From: Alphaproteobacteria bacterium
GTDB lineage: Bacteria > Pseudomonadota > Alphaproteobacteria > UBA828
Assembly: GCA_965221125.1 (NCBI GenBank)
Contig: CBDCRW010000003.1
Coordinates: 256,001-320,000 of the forward strand
Length of the DNA stretch: 64,000 nucleotides
Reading direction: 5' to 3'
Shown here: positions 28,435-39,875 of the stretch, in pieces
How positions within the stretch are numbered: the first letter of the stretch is position 1
Layout of the letters: each line of letters opens with the position of its first letter
Made by a program: the position numbers and the translations under genes
The notes under the pieces: generated by a model
Told to the model about the DNA's origin: nothing
Seen by the model: the letters and a program-made list of their open reading frames with translations, nothing else
Database searches by the model: none

Positions 28435-29523
28435 CTAGTTCGGCTCGTTGCGCCAGTTCTCGATCGGCGCGTAGTCGTAGTCGTCCGCGCGCCACGCGTA
28501 TTCGTCGGTGTCGAAGGTCTCGCCGCTCAGCGCCTCGAGGAAGGCGATGAGGTCGGCCTTCTCGCTCGGCACCAGCCCGAGCGGCTTGAGCTGCGGGTCC
28601 TTCAGCGGGTCGTCTCCGCCGCCGGCATCGTAGAAGTCCACGACCTCGTCGAGGGTCTCGAACACCCCGTTGTGCATGTAGGGCGCGGTCCACGCGAGCT
28701 CGCGGAGCGTCGGCGTGAGGAAGCTGCGCTTGTCCTCGTCCCGGTGCGCACGCACGTAGGCGCCGAGGTCCTCGCGCAGGTTCATGTAGTTCTCGATGCC
28801 CATGAACTTGGCGAAGGTCACGAAGGTCGAGTGCCGTTCGGGATCGGCCCAGATTTCGGGGTTGTCGGGCACGCCGGTGTTGTGCGGGCGGTCGTCGGTG
28901 AAGCGGGCGCCCGTGTGGCAGCGTACGCAGCCGGCGCGGCCCTCGAAGAGCAGCGCACCGCGCCGCGCCGGCGACGACATGGTGCCGCTGTCCGCGGCAG
29001 CGCCGCGCGAGACGATGGTGCCGACGAAGGCGGCGATCGCCTTGCGGGCGCCGCCGTTGGAGGGCTCGCCCAGGCCGGCGGCGCCGAACATTGCGACGTA
29101 GACAGGGTCCTGCTTCAGGCGCTCCTGCATCAGCCGCATGTCCATGTTCATGAGGTACGTCTCGGTGATCATCTCGCGCGTGACGTCGTTGAGGTTCGTG
29201 CCGAGACGGCCGTCGTGCATCCAGGCGGCACGGTGGCCGGCATTGGCGAGCGTCGGCGTGTTGCGGAAATGACCGGCGCCCGTGTAGGCGGCGGACAGCG
29301 CCTCGCCGTCGGTGAACGCGCGCTCCGGCTGGTGGCAGCTCGCGCAGGCGAGCGAGGTGTCGCCGGAGAGGCGCTCGTCATAGAAGAGGCGCTTGCCCAG
29401 CTCGGCGAGTGCGGGGGGCGCCTCCTTCGGCGCGATGGCTCCACCCGTATCGGCCAACGCCGGGCCGCCGGTGACGATCAGCCCGAGCATGCCGGCGACG
29501 ATCAGCCCGAATATCCGTGTCAT
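28435..29523 (-). CDS. Di-haem cytochrome c peroxidase-like protein (IdrP type)
   Basis: Signal peptide; CASCH and CVRCH; FLTPTLR, APYMHNG. Confidence 0.88.
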   Translation of the reverse strand: MTRIFGLIVAGMLGLIVTGGPALADTGGAIAPKEAPPALAELGKRLFYDERLSGDTSLACASCHQPERAFTDGEALSAAYTGAGHFRNTPTLANAGHRAAWMHDGRLGTNLNDVTREMITETYLMNMDMRLMQERLKQDPVYVAMFGAAGLGEPSNGGARKAIAAFVGTIVSRGAAADSGTMSSPARRGALLFEGRAGCVRCHTGARFTDDRPHNTGVPDNPEIWADPERHSTFVTFAKFMGIENYMNLREDLGAYVRAHRDEDKRSFLTPTLRELAWTAPYMHNGVFETLDEVVDFYDAGGGDDPLKDPQLKPLGLVPSEKADLIAFLEALSGETFDTDEYAWRADDYDYAPIENWRNEPN

Positions 29524-29706
29524 CGACCCCCTCGCTGCAATCCGAGCCTCACAGTCGCGGCCCGCCGTGCCGATCCACCAGTCCCATCGTGCGCATCTCG
29601 ATCACGAAACGCGCTTCCCCACCACGCACGACCGATATCAAATGTTAGCGTCATCCCAACCGTGGTTGCGTTGAACAAGTGTTGCACGCGACGGGCGGCA
29701 GGCAGC

Positions 29707-29720
29707 TTGACCCATGTCAA
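29707..29720. promoter_or_regulatory. FNR/FixK/Dnr-type box upstream of the idr operon
   Basis: Perfect palindrome TTGAC-CCAT-GTCAA (family consensus TTGAT-N4-ATCAA), about 185 bp upstream of the first idr gene. Confidence 0.6.
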
Positions 29721-29850
29721 AGGATGAGTGGCAGGGAGCAGCCCCGCTCATCTGGCCCCGATCTGGGGGGCCGCGGGCTCTGGGGGGGTTGGAGCGGCCC
29801 GGAGTTTTATTAGCGGTGGATACTGGGTGGTTATTTTCCTCGGGCTGGCG

Positions 29851-30567
29851 TCAGGCCGCCGCCGCGCCCTGCCCTTCGCCCAGCAGGCGGATAATCTCCG
29901 CCGTGGGCTTCACGTGACAGAAGTTGCCGTCGAGGTACTCGACCGCGTTGGCGTGGCCGCTCGGCGACATGGTGGCACAGGAATCCTCGGGCATCAGGCA
30001 GCGGAAATCGAGGTCGCCCGCGAGCCGGATCGTCCCTTCGACGCAGCTGTTGGTGAAGATGCCGCTCACCACGATGGTGGTGATCCCCTTCACGCGCAGC
30101 AGATGCTCGCAGTTGGTGGAGGGGAAGACCGCCGAGCCGCTCTTGGTCAGCATGATGTCGCCGTCCTCGGGCGCGAGCGGCGCGAGGATTTGCGCGTCCT
30201 TCGAATCGACGGTGGTCACCACGCCGAAATGGCGGTGGCGCCAGGTCTGGTCCGAGCCGTCGCCCACCAGCGAGGCGCAGCGCGTGTAGATCACCGGCGT
30301 GCCCGCGCTGCGGCAGGCCGCGATGAGCTTCACGAGATTGGGCACCACCACGCGGTCGATCCGGTCGAGGTAGTAGGAGAGGTCGTCCTCGAGGCCCGCC
30401 TCGATGATCCGCTTGCAGAGGCCGTAGTCGCGGTGGGCCTGCTGGTAGGTCATGTCGATCACGATGAGCGCGGTCTTGTCCGCCTCGACCGGGAACTCGG
30501 GGATGCGCGCGAAGCTCCACCAGGCGCTCCATCCCTCCTTGACGTTGCTCCTATCGCTCTCGCCCAT
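29851..30567 (-). CDS. Isochorismatase-family cysteine hydrolase
   Basis: TALIVIDM, LTKSGSAVF, SGIFTNSCVEGT; ATG 30567 with RBS GAGGTG. Confidence 0.85.
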   Translation of the reverse strand: MGESDRSNVKEGWSAWWSFARIPEFPVEADKTALIVIDMTYQQAHRDYGLCKRIIEAGLEDDLSYYLDRIDRVVVPNLVKLIAACRSAGTPVIYTRCASLVGDGSDQTWRHRHFGVVTTVDSKDAQILAPLAPEDGDIMLTKSGSAVFPSTNCEHLLRVKGITTIVVSGIFTNSCVEGTIRLAGDLDFRCLMPEDSCATMSPSGHANAVEYLDGNFCHVKPTAEIIRLLGEGQGAAAA

Positions 30568-30661
30568 CGCGCACCTCACCTGCCGGCCGACGAATTCCAC
30601 ACCGGCACCATAGCGCGCCGGCCGCGCTCGCGCAGCCGCGCCGGCATCCGGGCAGCAGCGC

Positions 30662-31084
30662 TCAATCGCTGACCCAGGGATCAGCGATCTCGATACCCAT
30701 GCCTGCAAAATCCCGCACATTGCGCGTGGCTAGTGCCAGGCCATGCACATGAGCGATCGCCGCGATCTGGCAATCGGCCTGCGACACCGGCCGGCCGGCG
30801 CTGCGGCGGGCGGCGGCAATCTCGGCGTAGGCCCGCGCCGCCGCGCTATCGAACGGCAGCACCCGGCCCGCGAAGTCTTCGCGCACCAGGCCGTCGACCG
30901 CGGCTGCGAGTGTCTCTCGCCGCCGCCCTGCCGGCATGATCGCCACGCCGTAGCGAAGCTCCGCTTCGCCGATGCTCGAAAAATACAGGTGCATCGCCCG
31001 GTGCTTGACCACCCAGGCTTCGACGCAGGGCTCGGGCGCCGGTCGCATCAGTTCCGAAACGACATTCGTGTCCAGGACGTACAT
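30662..31084 (-). CDS. PIN-domain toxin (VapC/FitB-like)
   Basis: VLDTNVVSE, ADCQIAAIA, LATRNVRDF. Confidence 0.9.
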   Translation of the reverse strand: MYVLDTNVVSELMRPAPEPCVEAWVVKHRAMHLYFSSIGEAELRYGVAIMPAGRRRETLAAAVDGLVREDFAGRVLPFDSAAARAYAEIAAARRSAGRPVSQADCQIAAIAHVHGLALATRNVRDFAGMGIEIADPWVSD

Positions 31085-31093
31085 GGACAGCCG

Positions 31094-31336
31094 TCAGTCG
31101 AATTTCGGGGGGGCCCGCGCCGGCTCGCGCGGCGGAAGCTCCAGCTCGACCCCGCCGAAAGGAGCAAAACGCGCGCGAATGGCGGCGGCGAGGTTGTCCG
31201 GCCCGGCGCCGGACGCGACCGCCTCCCGCAAGATGACCCGCGCCTCCTCTTCCATCGAGCGGCCGTTCTCGGCTGCACGCAGACGCAGCCGCGTCTTCAC
31301 GCCGTCGTCGAGCCTGCGGATCGTGATGCTCGCCAT
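31094..31336 (-). CDS. FitA/Arc-like RHH antitoxin
   Basis: MASITIRRLDD...LRLRAAENGRSMEEEARVIL; directly upstream of the PIN toxin. Confidence 0.88.
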   Translation of the reverse strand: MASITIRRLDDGVKTRLRLRAAENGRSMEEEARVILREAVASGAGPDNLAAAIRARFAPFGGVELELPPREPARAPPKFD

Positions 31337-31569
31337 TGCGCCAGTTCCATCCCGTCAACCCGTGTGCAGCCTACGCAATGATTGCAATGCAATCAACTGT
31401 GTGGCGCAAGCGGACGCCCTCGGCATATCCCCTTCCCCCAATTCGTCCCGGTTCGTGTCATAGTGACCGCGTGCCGGCGCCCGCGGCGCCGGGCGCATCG
31501 TCACCCTCCCCCGGCCATCGTTCGCTGGCCGGCCTTCCCGACACCATCGCCCCACAAGAGCCGCCATCG

Positions 31570-32802
31570 ATGATCCTGCCGCGCCGGTTGACCGAGCTAC
31601 TGGGCGATCGCCGCTTCCTGCGGCTCTGGCTCATCGGCCTCTTCAGCATGGGCTCGCGCTGGCTGGAGATGCTGGTGGTCGGCATCTTCGCCGTGAAGAC
31701 GACGGGCTCGCCGGTACTGGTCGCGCTGCTCGTCATCCTGCGCATGCTGCCGCTCGCCGTGTTCGGCTCCATCGTCGGCACCTTCGCCGACCGCCTGGCC
31801 CCGCGCTTCATGCTCTCTTCCTCGCTCCTCGTTGCGACGATGGTCTCGCTCGCCGTCCTCGCTCTCGCCCTCTCCGGCGTCGCGGCCTATTGGCACGTGG
31901 CGCTCGGGACCTTCCTCTCGGGCGTCGTCTGGACCACGGACATGCCGGTCCGGCGGCGGCTGATCGGCGACGTCGCCGGAACCGCGCGCATCGCCTCCGC
32001 CATGAGCCTCGACAGCGCGACGAGCAACGCGATGCGCCTGATCGGCCCGTTGTTCGGCGGGTTGCTCTACCAGTGGCTCGGTCTTGCCGGCGCCTTCGGC
32101 CTGGCGGCGGCGCTCTACGCGCTCTGTCTGCTGCTCACGCCGGGCCTGCCCAGGGCGTTCGCCGCCTCCGGCGTTGGCCAGCGCTCCGCCCGGCTGCTGG
32201 GCGATCTCGGCGACGGCTTCCGCTACCTGGCCAGGGATGCCGAGATCCGCCGCGTCCTCTACGTCACGGTGATCTTCAACATCTGGGGCTTTCCCTTCGT
32301 CGCGATGATCCCGGTCATCGGCACGGAGAAACTCGGCCTGAGCGCCGCGGCCATCGGCGGCCTCGCCGCCTTGGAAGGCGGCGGCGCCTTCGCCGGCGCC
32401 CTGCTGATCGCCGCCATCGGCGCGAGGCCGCACTGGTATCGCCGCCTCTACTTCTTCGGGACCGCCAGCTACTCCGCCTTCGCCTTCGTCGTCGGCTGGA
32501 TGACGGAGACCGCGCCCCTGGCCGTGGTCATCTTCATGGCCGGCCTGGCCGCAGCCGGCTTCTCGACCATGCAGACCACGCTGATCTACGGCATCGCGCC
32601 GCCCGAGATGCGGGGCCGCATGCTCGGTATCCTCTCGCTCACGATCGGCGCGGGCGTGATCGGCTTCACCAACATCGGCCTCATGGGCGAGCTTTTCGGC
32701 GGTGCCAACGCGGTGCGCATCGTCGCGGCGGAGGGGCTGGTCGCCGCTCTCGTGCTCGGCCTCCGCTGGCCGAGACTGTGGCGCGACGGCGACGGTTCGT
32801 GA
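31570..32802 (+). CDS. MFS transporter
   Basis: About 12 hydrophobic segments; GTFADRL and PEMRGRM motifs; ATG at 31570. Confidence 0.85.
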   Translation: MILPRRLTELLGDRRFLRLWLIGLFSMGSRWLEMLVVGIFAVKTTGSPVLVALLVILRMLPLAVFGSIVGTFADRLAPRFMLSSSLLVATMVSLAVLALALSGVAAYWHVALGTFLSGVVWTTDMPVRRRLIGDVAGTARIASAMSLDSATSNAMRLIGPLFGGLLYQWLGLAGAFGLAAALYALCLLLTPGLPRAFAASGVGQRSARLLGDLGDGFRYLARDAEIRRVLYVTVIFNIWGFPFVAMIPVIGTEKLGLSAAAIGGLAALEGGGAFAGALLIAAIGARPHWYRRLYFFGTASYSAFAFVVGWMTETAPLAVVIFMAGLAAAGFSTMQTTLIYGIAPPEMRGRMLGILSLTIGAGVIGFTNIGLMGELFGGANAVRIVAAEGLVAALVLGLRWPRLWRDGDGS

Positions 32803-32889
32803 CCGTTGCAGAAACGGATGCGAACAGCGTATGGTTGCTGCGCTCGCGTGGATGTGCGCGGGAGGCCCAAAGCGGAAGGCGAGGCCGCG

Positions 32890-33225
32890 ATGGAGATCGG
32901 GGAACGGACAGAGGGAGCGGCGGTCGTCGTCTCCCTGAACGGGCGGCTCGACGGCGTGACCGGGCCGGACCTGGAGGCGAGAGTCGGCGCGATCGTCGAG
33001 CGCGGCGACGTGCGCGTGGTGCTGGAGTGCGGCGAGATGAGCTACGTCAGCAGCGCCGGCCTGCGCGTGCTGCTGATCAGCGCCAGGAAGTGCCAGCAGG
33101 GCGGCGGGAAGCTGGCCCTCGCAGCCCTGAAGCCCGAGTGTCTGTCTGTCCTGGAAATGAGCGGTTTTCTGTCGATCATCGATTGCCACGAAACGAGCGA
33201 GGCTGCGCTCGCCGCAGTCGCTTGA
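32890..33225 (+). CDS. STAS-domain anti-sigma-factor antagonist
   Basis: GRLD...SYVSSAGLRVLL...VLEMSGF. Confidence 0.88.
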   Translation: MEIGERTEGAAVVVSLNGRLDGVTGPDLEARVGAIVERGDVRVVLECGEMSYVSSAGLRVLLISARKCQQGGGKLALAALKPECLSVLEMSGFLSIIDCHETSEAALAAVA

Positions 33226-33276
33226 AGCGCGGCCCCTTGAGCGGCCGGCCCTCTTCCTGACCTCGGGAATCGGTTC

Positions 33277-33945
33277 ATGCTGACATTCTACGAAGAGATC
33301 ATGGTGCTCCTTCTCCATGACGAGAACGGCACCTTCCTGCCGGTCAGCGAGCACACCCTGAACCGGGCGCTCACGGGCGCGGTCCTCATGGATCTGGCGT
33401 TCGCCAACCGCATCGATACCGACCCCGAACGGATGGTGGTGATCGATTCCACCCCGACGGGCGATCCCCTGCTCGACCGCACGCTGGCGCGGATCGCGGG
33501 CGAATCCGCGACCACCGACAGCCGGACGTGGATCGAGACGCTGTCTGCCGAGGAGGCTTCGGCGGACCAGGGTACGACGATCCGCTGGACCGCGCTCGAC
33601 AAGCTGGTGGAACGCGGCGTCCTGGAACGGCGCGAAGAAAAGTTCCTCTGGGTCTTCCGCTCGCGCCGCTACCCGACCATCGACGGCAAGGTCGAGCAGG
33701 AGGCGAAGAAGCGCATCGCCGACGTGCTGTTCACGGAAGAGATCCCGGACCCCAGGGACGTCGCGCTCATCTGTCTCGTGGACAGCTGCAACATCCTGCC
33801 GACGATCTTCTCGAAGCGGGAGATCGACCGGGTCGAGTCGCGCATCGAGCAGCTCAGGAAGATGGACCTGATCGGCCGCGAGATGGCCGGCGCCATCGCC
33901 GATATCGAGCGCGCGATCGCCATCGCGGCGGCGCACACGTTCTAG
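33277..33945 (+). CDS. GPP34/GOLPH3-family protein
   Basis: EEIMVLLLHD...GAVLMDLAFANRI...PTGDPLLD...LVERGVL...RRYP...PDPRDVALI pattern. Confidence 0.75.
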   Translation: MLTFYEEIMVLLLHDENGTFLPVSEHTLNRALTGAVLMDLAFANRIDTDPERMVVIDSTPTGDPLLDRTLARIAGESATTDSRTWIETLSAEEASADQGTTIRWTALDKLVERGVLERREEKFLWVFRSRRYPTIDGKVEQEAKKRIADVLFTEEIPDPRDVALICLVDSCNILPTIFSKREIDRVESRIEQLRKMDLIGREMAGAIADIERAIAIAAAHTF

Positions 33946-34199
33946 CGCGCCATCCGACCTTACGAGATCACCGCGGCACGAGTTTTCCCACCTATCCCTA
34001 TCCCCCCGCCCCGCAAAAGCGCGAAGGCAACGGCGTACCCGATCCTGGCAGGCTTGACTCGCCCGCGCCGCGTGGGCGGTAATGCCGCCAACGAACGAGT
34101 CGCCAGTGGGCCGCAAGGCCGATCGGCGGCATGGGGCCGAGAGAACGAGCCTCGGCGAGGTGGGCTCTCGCGGCATCGGACTTGAAGGGAGGGAGTCAT

Positions 34200-35639
34200 A
34201 TGAGCATCAAGATCAACACGAGCAACTACGGGCAGCTCCCGGCCATGAGCCGGCGCAGCTTCCTCAAGGGCACCGCAGCCGGTGCGGCGGGGCTCGCCGC
34301 CGCCGGCGCCATGGGCGGCATGCCCGCGCTGGCGCAGGACATGGACCCGCTGGTCTTCTCGTTCTGGCCGTGGGGCAGCGAGATCGTGACGTCGAACGCC
34401 GATCTCTTCATGGCCGAGCAGAACGAGCAGGTCGACCTCCAGCCGATCCCCGGCGACTATCCGGCGGTGCTGGAGACCAAGCTCGCCTCCGGCGCTGCTC
34501 TCGACATGTTCTATGCCCAGCGCGGCCAGGCATCGCGCTGGCACGCCGCCGGCTGGATCAGGCCGGTCGACGACATGCCGGGGCTGGAGCAGATCCGCAG
34601 CGAGATGATCCCCGGCCTCGATCAGGACACCATCGCCTACAACGGCGACTATCTCGGCCTCACCTATTACAACGGCGGGCCGTTCTGCACCTTCCTCAAC
34701 CTCAAGCATCTCGAGGCGTGGGGGTTCGAGGCGACCGACAACGCCAGCGACTATCCGCAGACCTGGGACGAGGTGGCGAACATCTCGCGCGAGATGAAGG
34801 CCAAGGGCATCTGCGACGCGCCGATCCTGCCGGCCTGGTACAACGCCTGGTCGGGCATGCCCTGGGCGCTGATCGCGCAATGCTTCTCGGAGGGCGAGTA
34901 TTTCGTCGACGCCGATCTCACGGCGACCTACAGCAACGACACGCCGATCCTCAAGGTGCTCACCGACTGGAAACAGTGGTGGGATGAGGGGCTGATCCCC
35001 AAGGGCGTGCTGACCACCCAGGAATCCACGATGATCGACCTGTGGGTCACCGGGGACCACGCCTTCCACTCGTACATGGACTACTGCCACTTCATCTACG
35101 GCGACCGCGCCAACAAGCAGATCGCCGACTGGAACATGATGAACCCGGTGATGCCGGGCGCCACGCACGAAACCGTGCTGGTCGGCCACGCGCTGCTCTG
35201 CACCGGCACGCACGAGCGCAGCCACGAGGACGTGCTGCGGGCGTGGGAGCTGATGAAGTTCTACGGCCACAAGAACGGCGCCGGCGAGTACCACACCCAC
35301 AAGCGCTGGGCGCTCAAGGCCAACCTGCCGATCCCCTACCAGGCGGTCTACGAGGACCCGGAGGTGAGGGCGGCGCTGCTCGCGTGGATGCACGCCGATC
35401 TCGGCGAGTCCCAGTTCAAGTGGCAGGCCGAAGGGCGCGCCAACTCGCTCGGCCCGCACCTGCTCAAGTCGCCCTGGCACCAGGAGTGGGACACCTACAC
35501 TTGGGACATGATCGCCAACGACCTGATCGTCAATGGCGACGTGACGCCCAAGGAGGTCGTCGAGAAGACGCGCAAGCGCTGGGACAAGCTGCAGAAGAAG
35601 TACACCCAGCGCGACCGCACGACCCACTACGTCGCCTGA
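34200..35639 (+). CDS. Tat-exported ABC substrate-binding protein (CUT1 type)
   Basis: SRRSFLK Tat motif; PQTWDE; ATG 34200 with RBS GGGAG; upstream TTGACT-N18-GGTAAT. Confidence 0.85.
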   Translation: MSIKINTSNYGQLPAMSRRSFLKGTAAGAAGLAAAGAMGGMPALAQDMDPLVFSFWPWGSEIVTSNADLFMAEQNEQVDLQPIPGDYPAVLETKLASGAALDMFYAQRGQASRWHAAGWIRPVDDMPGLEQIRSEMIPGLDQDTIAYNGDYLGLTYYNGGPFCTFLNLKHLEAWGFEATDNASDYPQTWDEVANISREMKAKGICDAPILPAWYNAWSGMPWALIAQCFSEGEYFVDADLTATYSNDTPILKVLTDWKQWWDEGLIPKGVLTTQESTMIDLWVTGDHAFHSYMDYCHFIYGDRANKQIADWNMMNPVMPGATHETVLVGHALLCTGTHERSHEDVLRAWELMKFYGHKNGAGEYHTHKRWALKANLPIPYQAVYEDPEVRAALLAWMHADLGESQFKWQAEGRANSLGPHLLKSPWHQEWDTYTWDMIANDLIVNGDVTPKEVVEKTRKRWDKLQKKYTQRDRTTHYVA

Positions 35640-35688
35640 GGGCGCAGGGCCGATCTAGCGCTACTCGGCGCAGAATGGGGAGGGGCGC

Positions 35689-36801
<1,113 letters not shown>

Positions 36802-36846
36802 CGCCCGGCGCAGGGCGCGGCCGCCGGCCTTGCGGAGCATGTGCGC

Positions 36847-37812
36847 ATGACCGCGCTCCAGCGCGTCGCGGCGTTCCGGCGCGGGGTCGCCCCGCTCACC
36901 GACGCCCAGTTCGCGCTCACCATCGTCATCGGCGTCCTGCTCTTCCACATCATCATCATCATCGTGCCGCTGGCCTATTCCTTCTGGCTCAGCCTGCACG
37001 AGACCAACGTCATCCTGCGCTCGCGGGAGTACGTCGGCTTCGACCTGTGGGCGGAGGTGCTGTTCGAGGAGGAGACCCAGACGGCGACGCTGAAGAGCCT
37101 CTACTTCGCCGGCGTCTCGGTGGTTCTCTCGCTCGTGCTCTCTCTCGGCATGGCGCTCGTGCTGAATCAGGAGTTCCCCGGCCGGGGCATCCTGCGCGCG
37201 CTGATCCTGCTGCCGTGGGCGGTCTCCGAAGTCGTCACCGCCACCATGTGGACCGTGATGCTGGAGCCGGCCTGGGGCTTCTTCAACGGCGCGCTGGAGC
37301 CGCTCGGCATCGTCGATCAGAACCACGTCTGGCTCAACAAGGACTGGGCGCTGTTCTGGCTCGCGGTGGCCTTCACCTGGCACATCGCGCCGCTCGGCAC
37401 CTTCTTCTTCCTCGCCGCGCTGCAGACGATTCCGCAGGACCTCTACAACGCCGCGCGGATCGACCGGGCCGGCGTCATCTCGCGCTTCTATCACGTGACC
37501 CTGCCGCACATCCGCTACGCCGTGCTGATCGTCCTCGTGGTGGTGACCGTCGAAGCCTTCCGACAGTTCGATCTGGTCTTCGCCATGACCAGCGGCGGCC
37601 CCGGCACGACGACGCAGATCCTCCCGCTGCTCATCTTCCGCTACAATTTCCAGTTCTCGCAGTACGGACTCGCGTCGGCGGCGTCGTTCATCCTGATCAT
37701 CATCGCGACCATTCTCGCGGTCGCCTACTTCGTGCTGATGACCCGGCGCAGCAAGCAGAGCCGCGTGGCTGCGGCGCAGCGGCGGGCGGCAGCCAAGGCC
37801 GAGGCCTCCTGA
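36847..37812 (+). CDS. ABC permease (MalF type)
   Basis: LQTIPQDLYNAARIDRA EAA-like loop; MTSGGPG. Confidence 0.88.
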   Translation: MTALQRVAAFRRGVAPLTDAQFALTIVIGVLLFHIIIIIVPLAYSFWLSLHETNVILRSREYVGFDLWAEVLFEEETQTATLKSLYFAGVSVVLSLVLSLGMALVLNQEFPGRGILRALILLPWAVSEVVTATMWTVMLEPAWGFFNGALEPLGIVDQNHVWLNKDWALFWLAVAFTWHIAPLGTFFFLAALQTIPQDLYNAARIDRAGVISRFYHVTLPHIRYAVLIVLVVVTVEAFRQFDLVFAMTSGGPGTTTQILPLLIFRYNFQFSQYGLASAASFILIIIATILAVAYFVLMTRRSKQSRVAAAQRRAAAKAEAS

Positions 37813-37819
37813 GGTCACC

Positions 37820-38695
37820 GTGGGACGCGAGGCCAACCTCAAGCTGTTCGTGACGCTCTCGGTGCTGTTCGTCCTGCTGTGGACGATGGTGCCCTTCTTC
37901 TGGATGCTCTGGGCCTCGTTCATGACCGATTCGGAACTCTCCGAAGGCATCGTCCAGGCAATCGACGAGCCCACCCTCGAGCACTACAAGCGCATCTTCG
38001 GCCATGCCGACAAGGAGGCGATCTTCGGCGGCCAGACGAAGCTGATCGGCCAGGGCTTCCTCAACAGCCTGATCGTGGCACTCCCGGTCGCCATCATCGG
38101 CACCGCCATCGCGACGCTCGCGGGCTACGCCTTCGGGCGCTTCCACTTCCCGGCCAAGACCGGGCTGCTGTTCGGTCTGCTGCTGACCCGGGTGCTGCCG
38201 CCGGTCGCCATCCTGATCCCCTACTTCACGATGTTCCGGACCGTGGGAATGGTCGGCGACCCGGGCGGACTGATCCTGACCTACCTCACCGGCATCATCC
38301 CGCTGCTTTCCTGGGTGCTGATGGGCTATTTCGCGACGCTGCCGCTGGAGGTCGAGCGCGCGGCCCGCATCGACGGCTGCAGCCGGCTCAAGGTGCTCTG
38401 GTACGTCATCATCCCGATGGCGGCGCCCGGCATCAGCGCCGCCTTCATCATCGCCTTCCTCTTCGCCTGGAACGAGCTCCTGTTCGGCATCATCCTGGTG
38501 GGCGGCACGCAGTGGCAGACCCTCTCGCCGGCCCTGCTCGCGATCTCGCCGCTGACCGCCGTGGGCTACTCGCCGATCGCGCTCTTCTCGGCGGCGAGCG
38601 CGCTCTCCATCGCGCCCCCGCTGATCCTCGCGCTCATCTTCCAGCGCTACATCACGCGCCTCAATATCGTCGACCCGGTCACCGTCCGCGACTAA
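37820..38695 (+). CDS. ABC permease (MalG type), paralog 1
   Basis: FLNSLIVA, LAGYAFGR, LPLEVERAARIDG, FAWNE. Confidence 0.88.
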   Translation: MGREANLKLFVTLSVLFVLLWTMVPFFWMLWASFMTDSELSEGIVQAIDEPTLEHYKRIFGHADKEAIFGGQTKLIGQGFLNSLIVALPVAIIGTAIATLAGYAFGRFHFPAKTGLLFGLLLTRVLPPVAILIPYFTMFRTVGMVGDPGGLILTYLTGIIPLLSWVLMGYFATLPLEVERAARIDGCSRLKVLWYVIIPMAAPGISAAFIIAFLFAWNELLFGIILVGGTQWQTLSPALLAISPLTAVGYSPIALFSAASALSIAPPLILALIFQRYITRLNIVDPVTVRD

Positions 38696-38750
38696 AGCGA
38701 ATTCCGACCTCACCCCATCACGGGAGCCGAACCTTGCCCACCTCCCCCTG

Positions 38751-38828
38751 TCCCCCTCCCCCCGGAGGGCGGAGGGGGAACGCAAGCGGCACCGTCCGTT
38801 CTCCCTCTCCTCCCTGGGGAGGAGAGGG
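38751..38828. repeat. REP-like palindromes between the two permease paralogs
   Basis: TCCCCCTCC...GGAGGGGGA (38751-38779) and CCCTCTCCTCCC-TG-GGGAGGAGAGGG (38803-38828). Confidence 0.7.
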
Positions 38829-38873
38829 CCGAGGTGAGGAGGGGGTTCCCCGAACTGCGGCGAGGGCGACGCC

Positions 38874-39791
38874 GTGAGCTTCGTGCGCCGCCTCCGCGCC
38901 CGCTGGCGCGCGGCCTCCGGTCACGAGCGGCTCCAGATGATGGTGATCGGCACCGCCGTGCTCGTGCTGATCTGGTCGATCCTGCCCTTCCTCATGATGT
39001 TCTGGGCGTCGCTGATGACCGAGTCCGAGCTGGTCGAAGGCGTCATCCAGATCATGGACGACCCCACCGTCGAGCACTACGAGCGCATCTTCGGCCTGGC
39101 CGAGACCGAGGCGGTGTTCGGCGGGCAGACGAAAAGGATCGCCCTCGGCTTCCTCAACAGCCTGATCGTCTCGTTGCCGGCCGCGTTCATCGCGACGGTG
39201 ATCGCGACGCTCGCGGGCTACGCCTTCGGGCGCTTCACCTTCCCCGGCCGCATGGGGCTGCTCTTCGCGCTCCTGCTGACCCGCGTCCTGCCGCCCATCG
39301 CCGTGCTGATTCCCTACTTCACGCTCTTCCAGACGGTCGGCCTGGTGAACACCCACACCGGGCTGCTGCTGACCTACCTCACCGGCATCACGCCGCTGCT
39401 CTCGTGGATCCTGATGGGCTACTTCGCGACGCTGCCGATCGAGGTCGAGCGCGCCGCGCGGATGGACGGCTGCAGCCGGCTCCAGGTGCTCTGGCACGTG
39501 ATCGTGCCGATGGCGATGCCCGGCATCAGCGCGGCCTTCATCATCGCCTTCCTGTTCTGCTGGAACGAGCTTCTGTTCGGGATCATCCTGGTCGGCGGCA
39601 CCAACGCGCAGACGCTGTCGCCGGCCCTGCTCGCGATCTCGCCGCTCGGCTCCATCGGCGCCACGCCCATGGTTCTCTTCGCCGCGGCGAGCACGCTCTC
39701 CATCGTGCCCCCGCTGGTGCTCGCGCTGATCTTCCAGCGCTTCATCACCCGCCTCAACATCGTCGACCCCATCACCACGCGGGACGTCTGA
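38874..39791 (+). CDS. ABC permease (MalG type), paralog 2
   Basis: Collinear with paralog 1 (FLNSLIV, LPIEVERAARMDG, RLNIVDP). Confidence 0.88.
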   Translation: MSFVRRLRARWRAASGHERLQMMVIGTAVLVLIWSILPFLMMFWASLMTESELVEGVIQIMDDPTVEHYERIFGLAETEAVFGGQTKRIALGFLNSLIVSLPAAFIATVIATLAGYAFGRFTFPGRMGLLFALLLTRVLPPIAVLIPYFTLFQTVGLVNTHTGLLLTYLTGITPLLSWILMGYFATLPIEVERAARMDGCSRLQVLWHVIVPMAMPGISAAFIIAFLFCWNELLFGIILVGGTNAQTLSPALLAISPLGSIGATPMVLFAAASTLSIVPPLVLALIFQRFITRLNIVDPITTRDV

Positions 39792-39875
39792 CGCGCCGGT
39801 GTTGCGGCAGGTCCTCGCCCACATATGGCGTGATCGCCCGTCCGACCCCGGCGCGGCCTGCCCCCGGAGAGCGCC

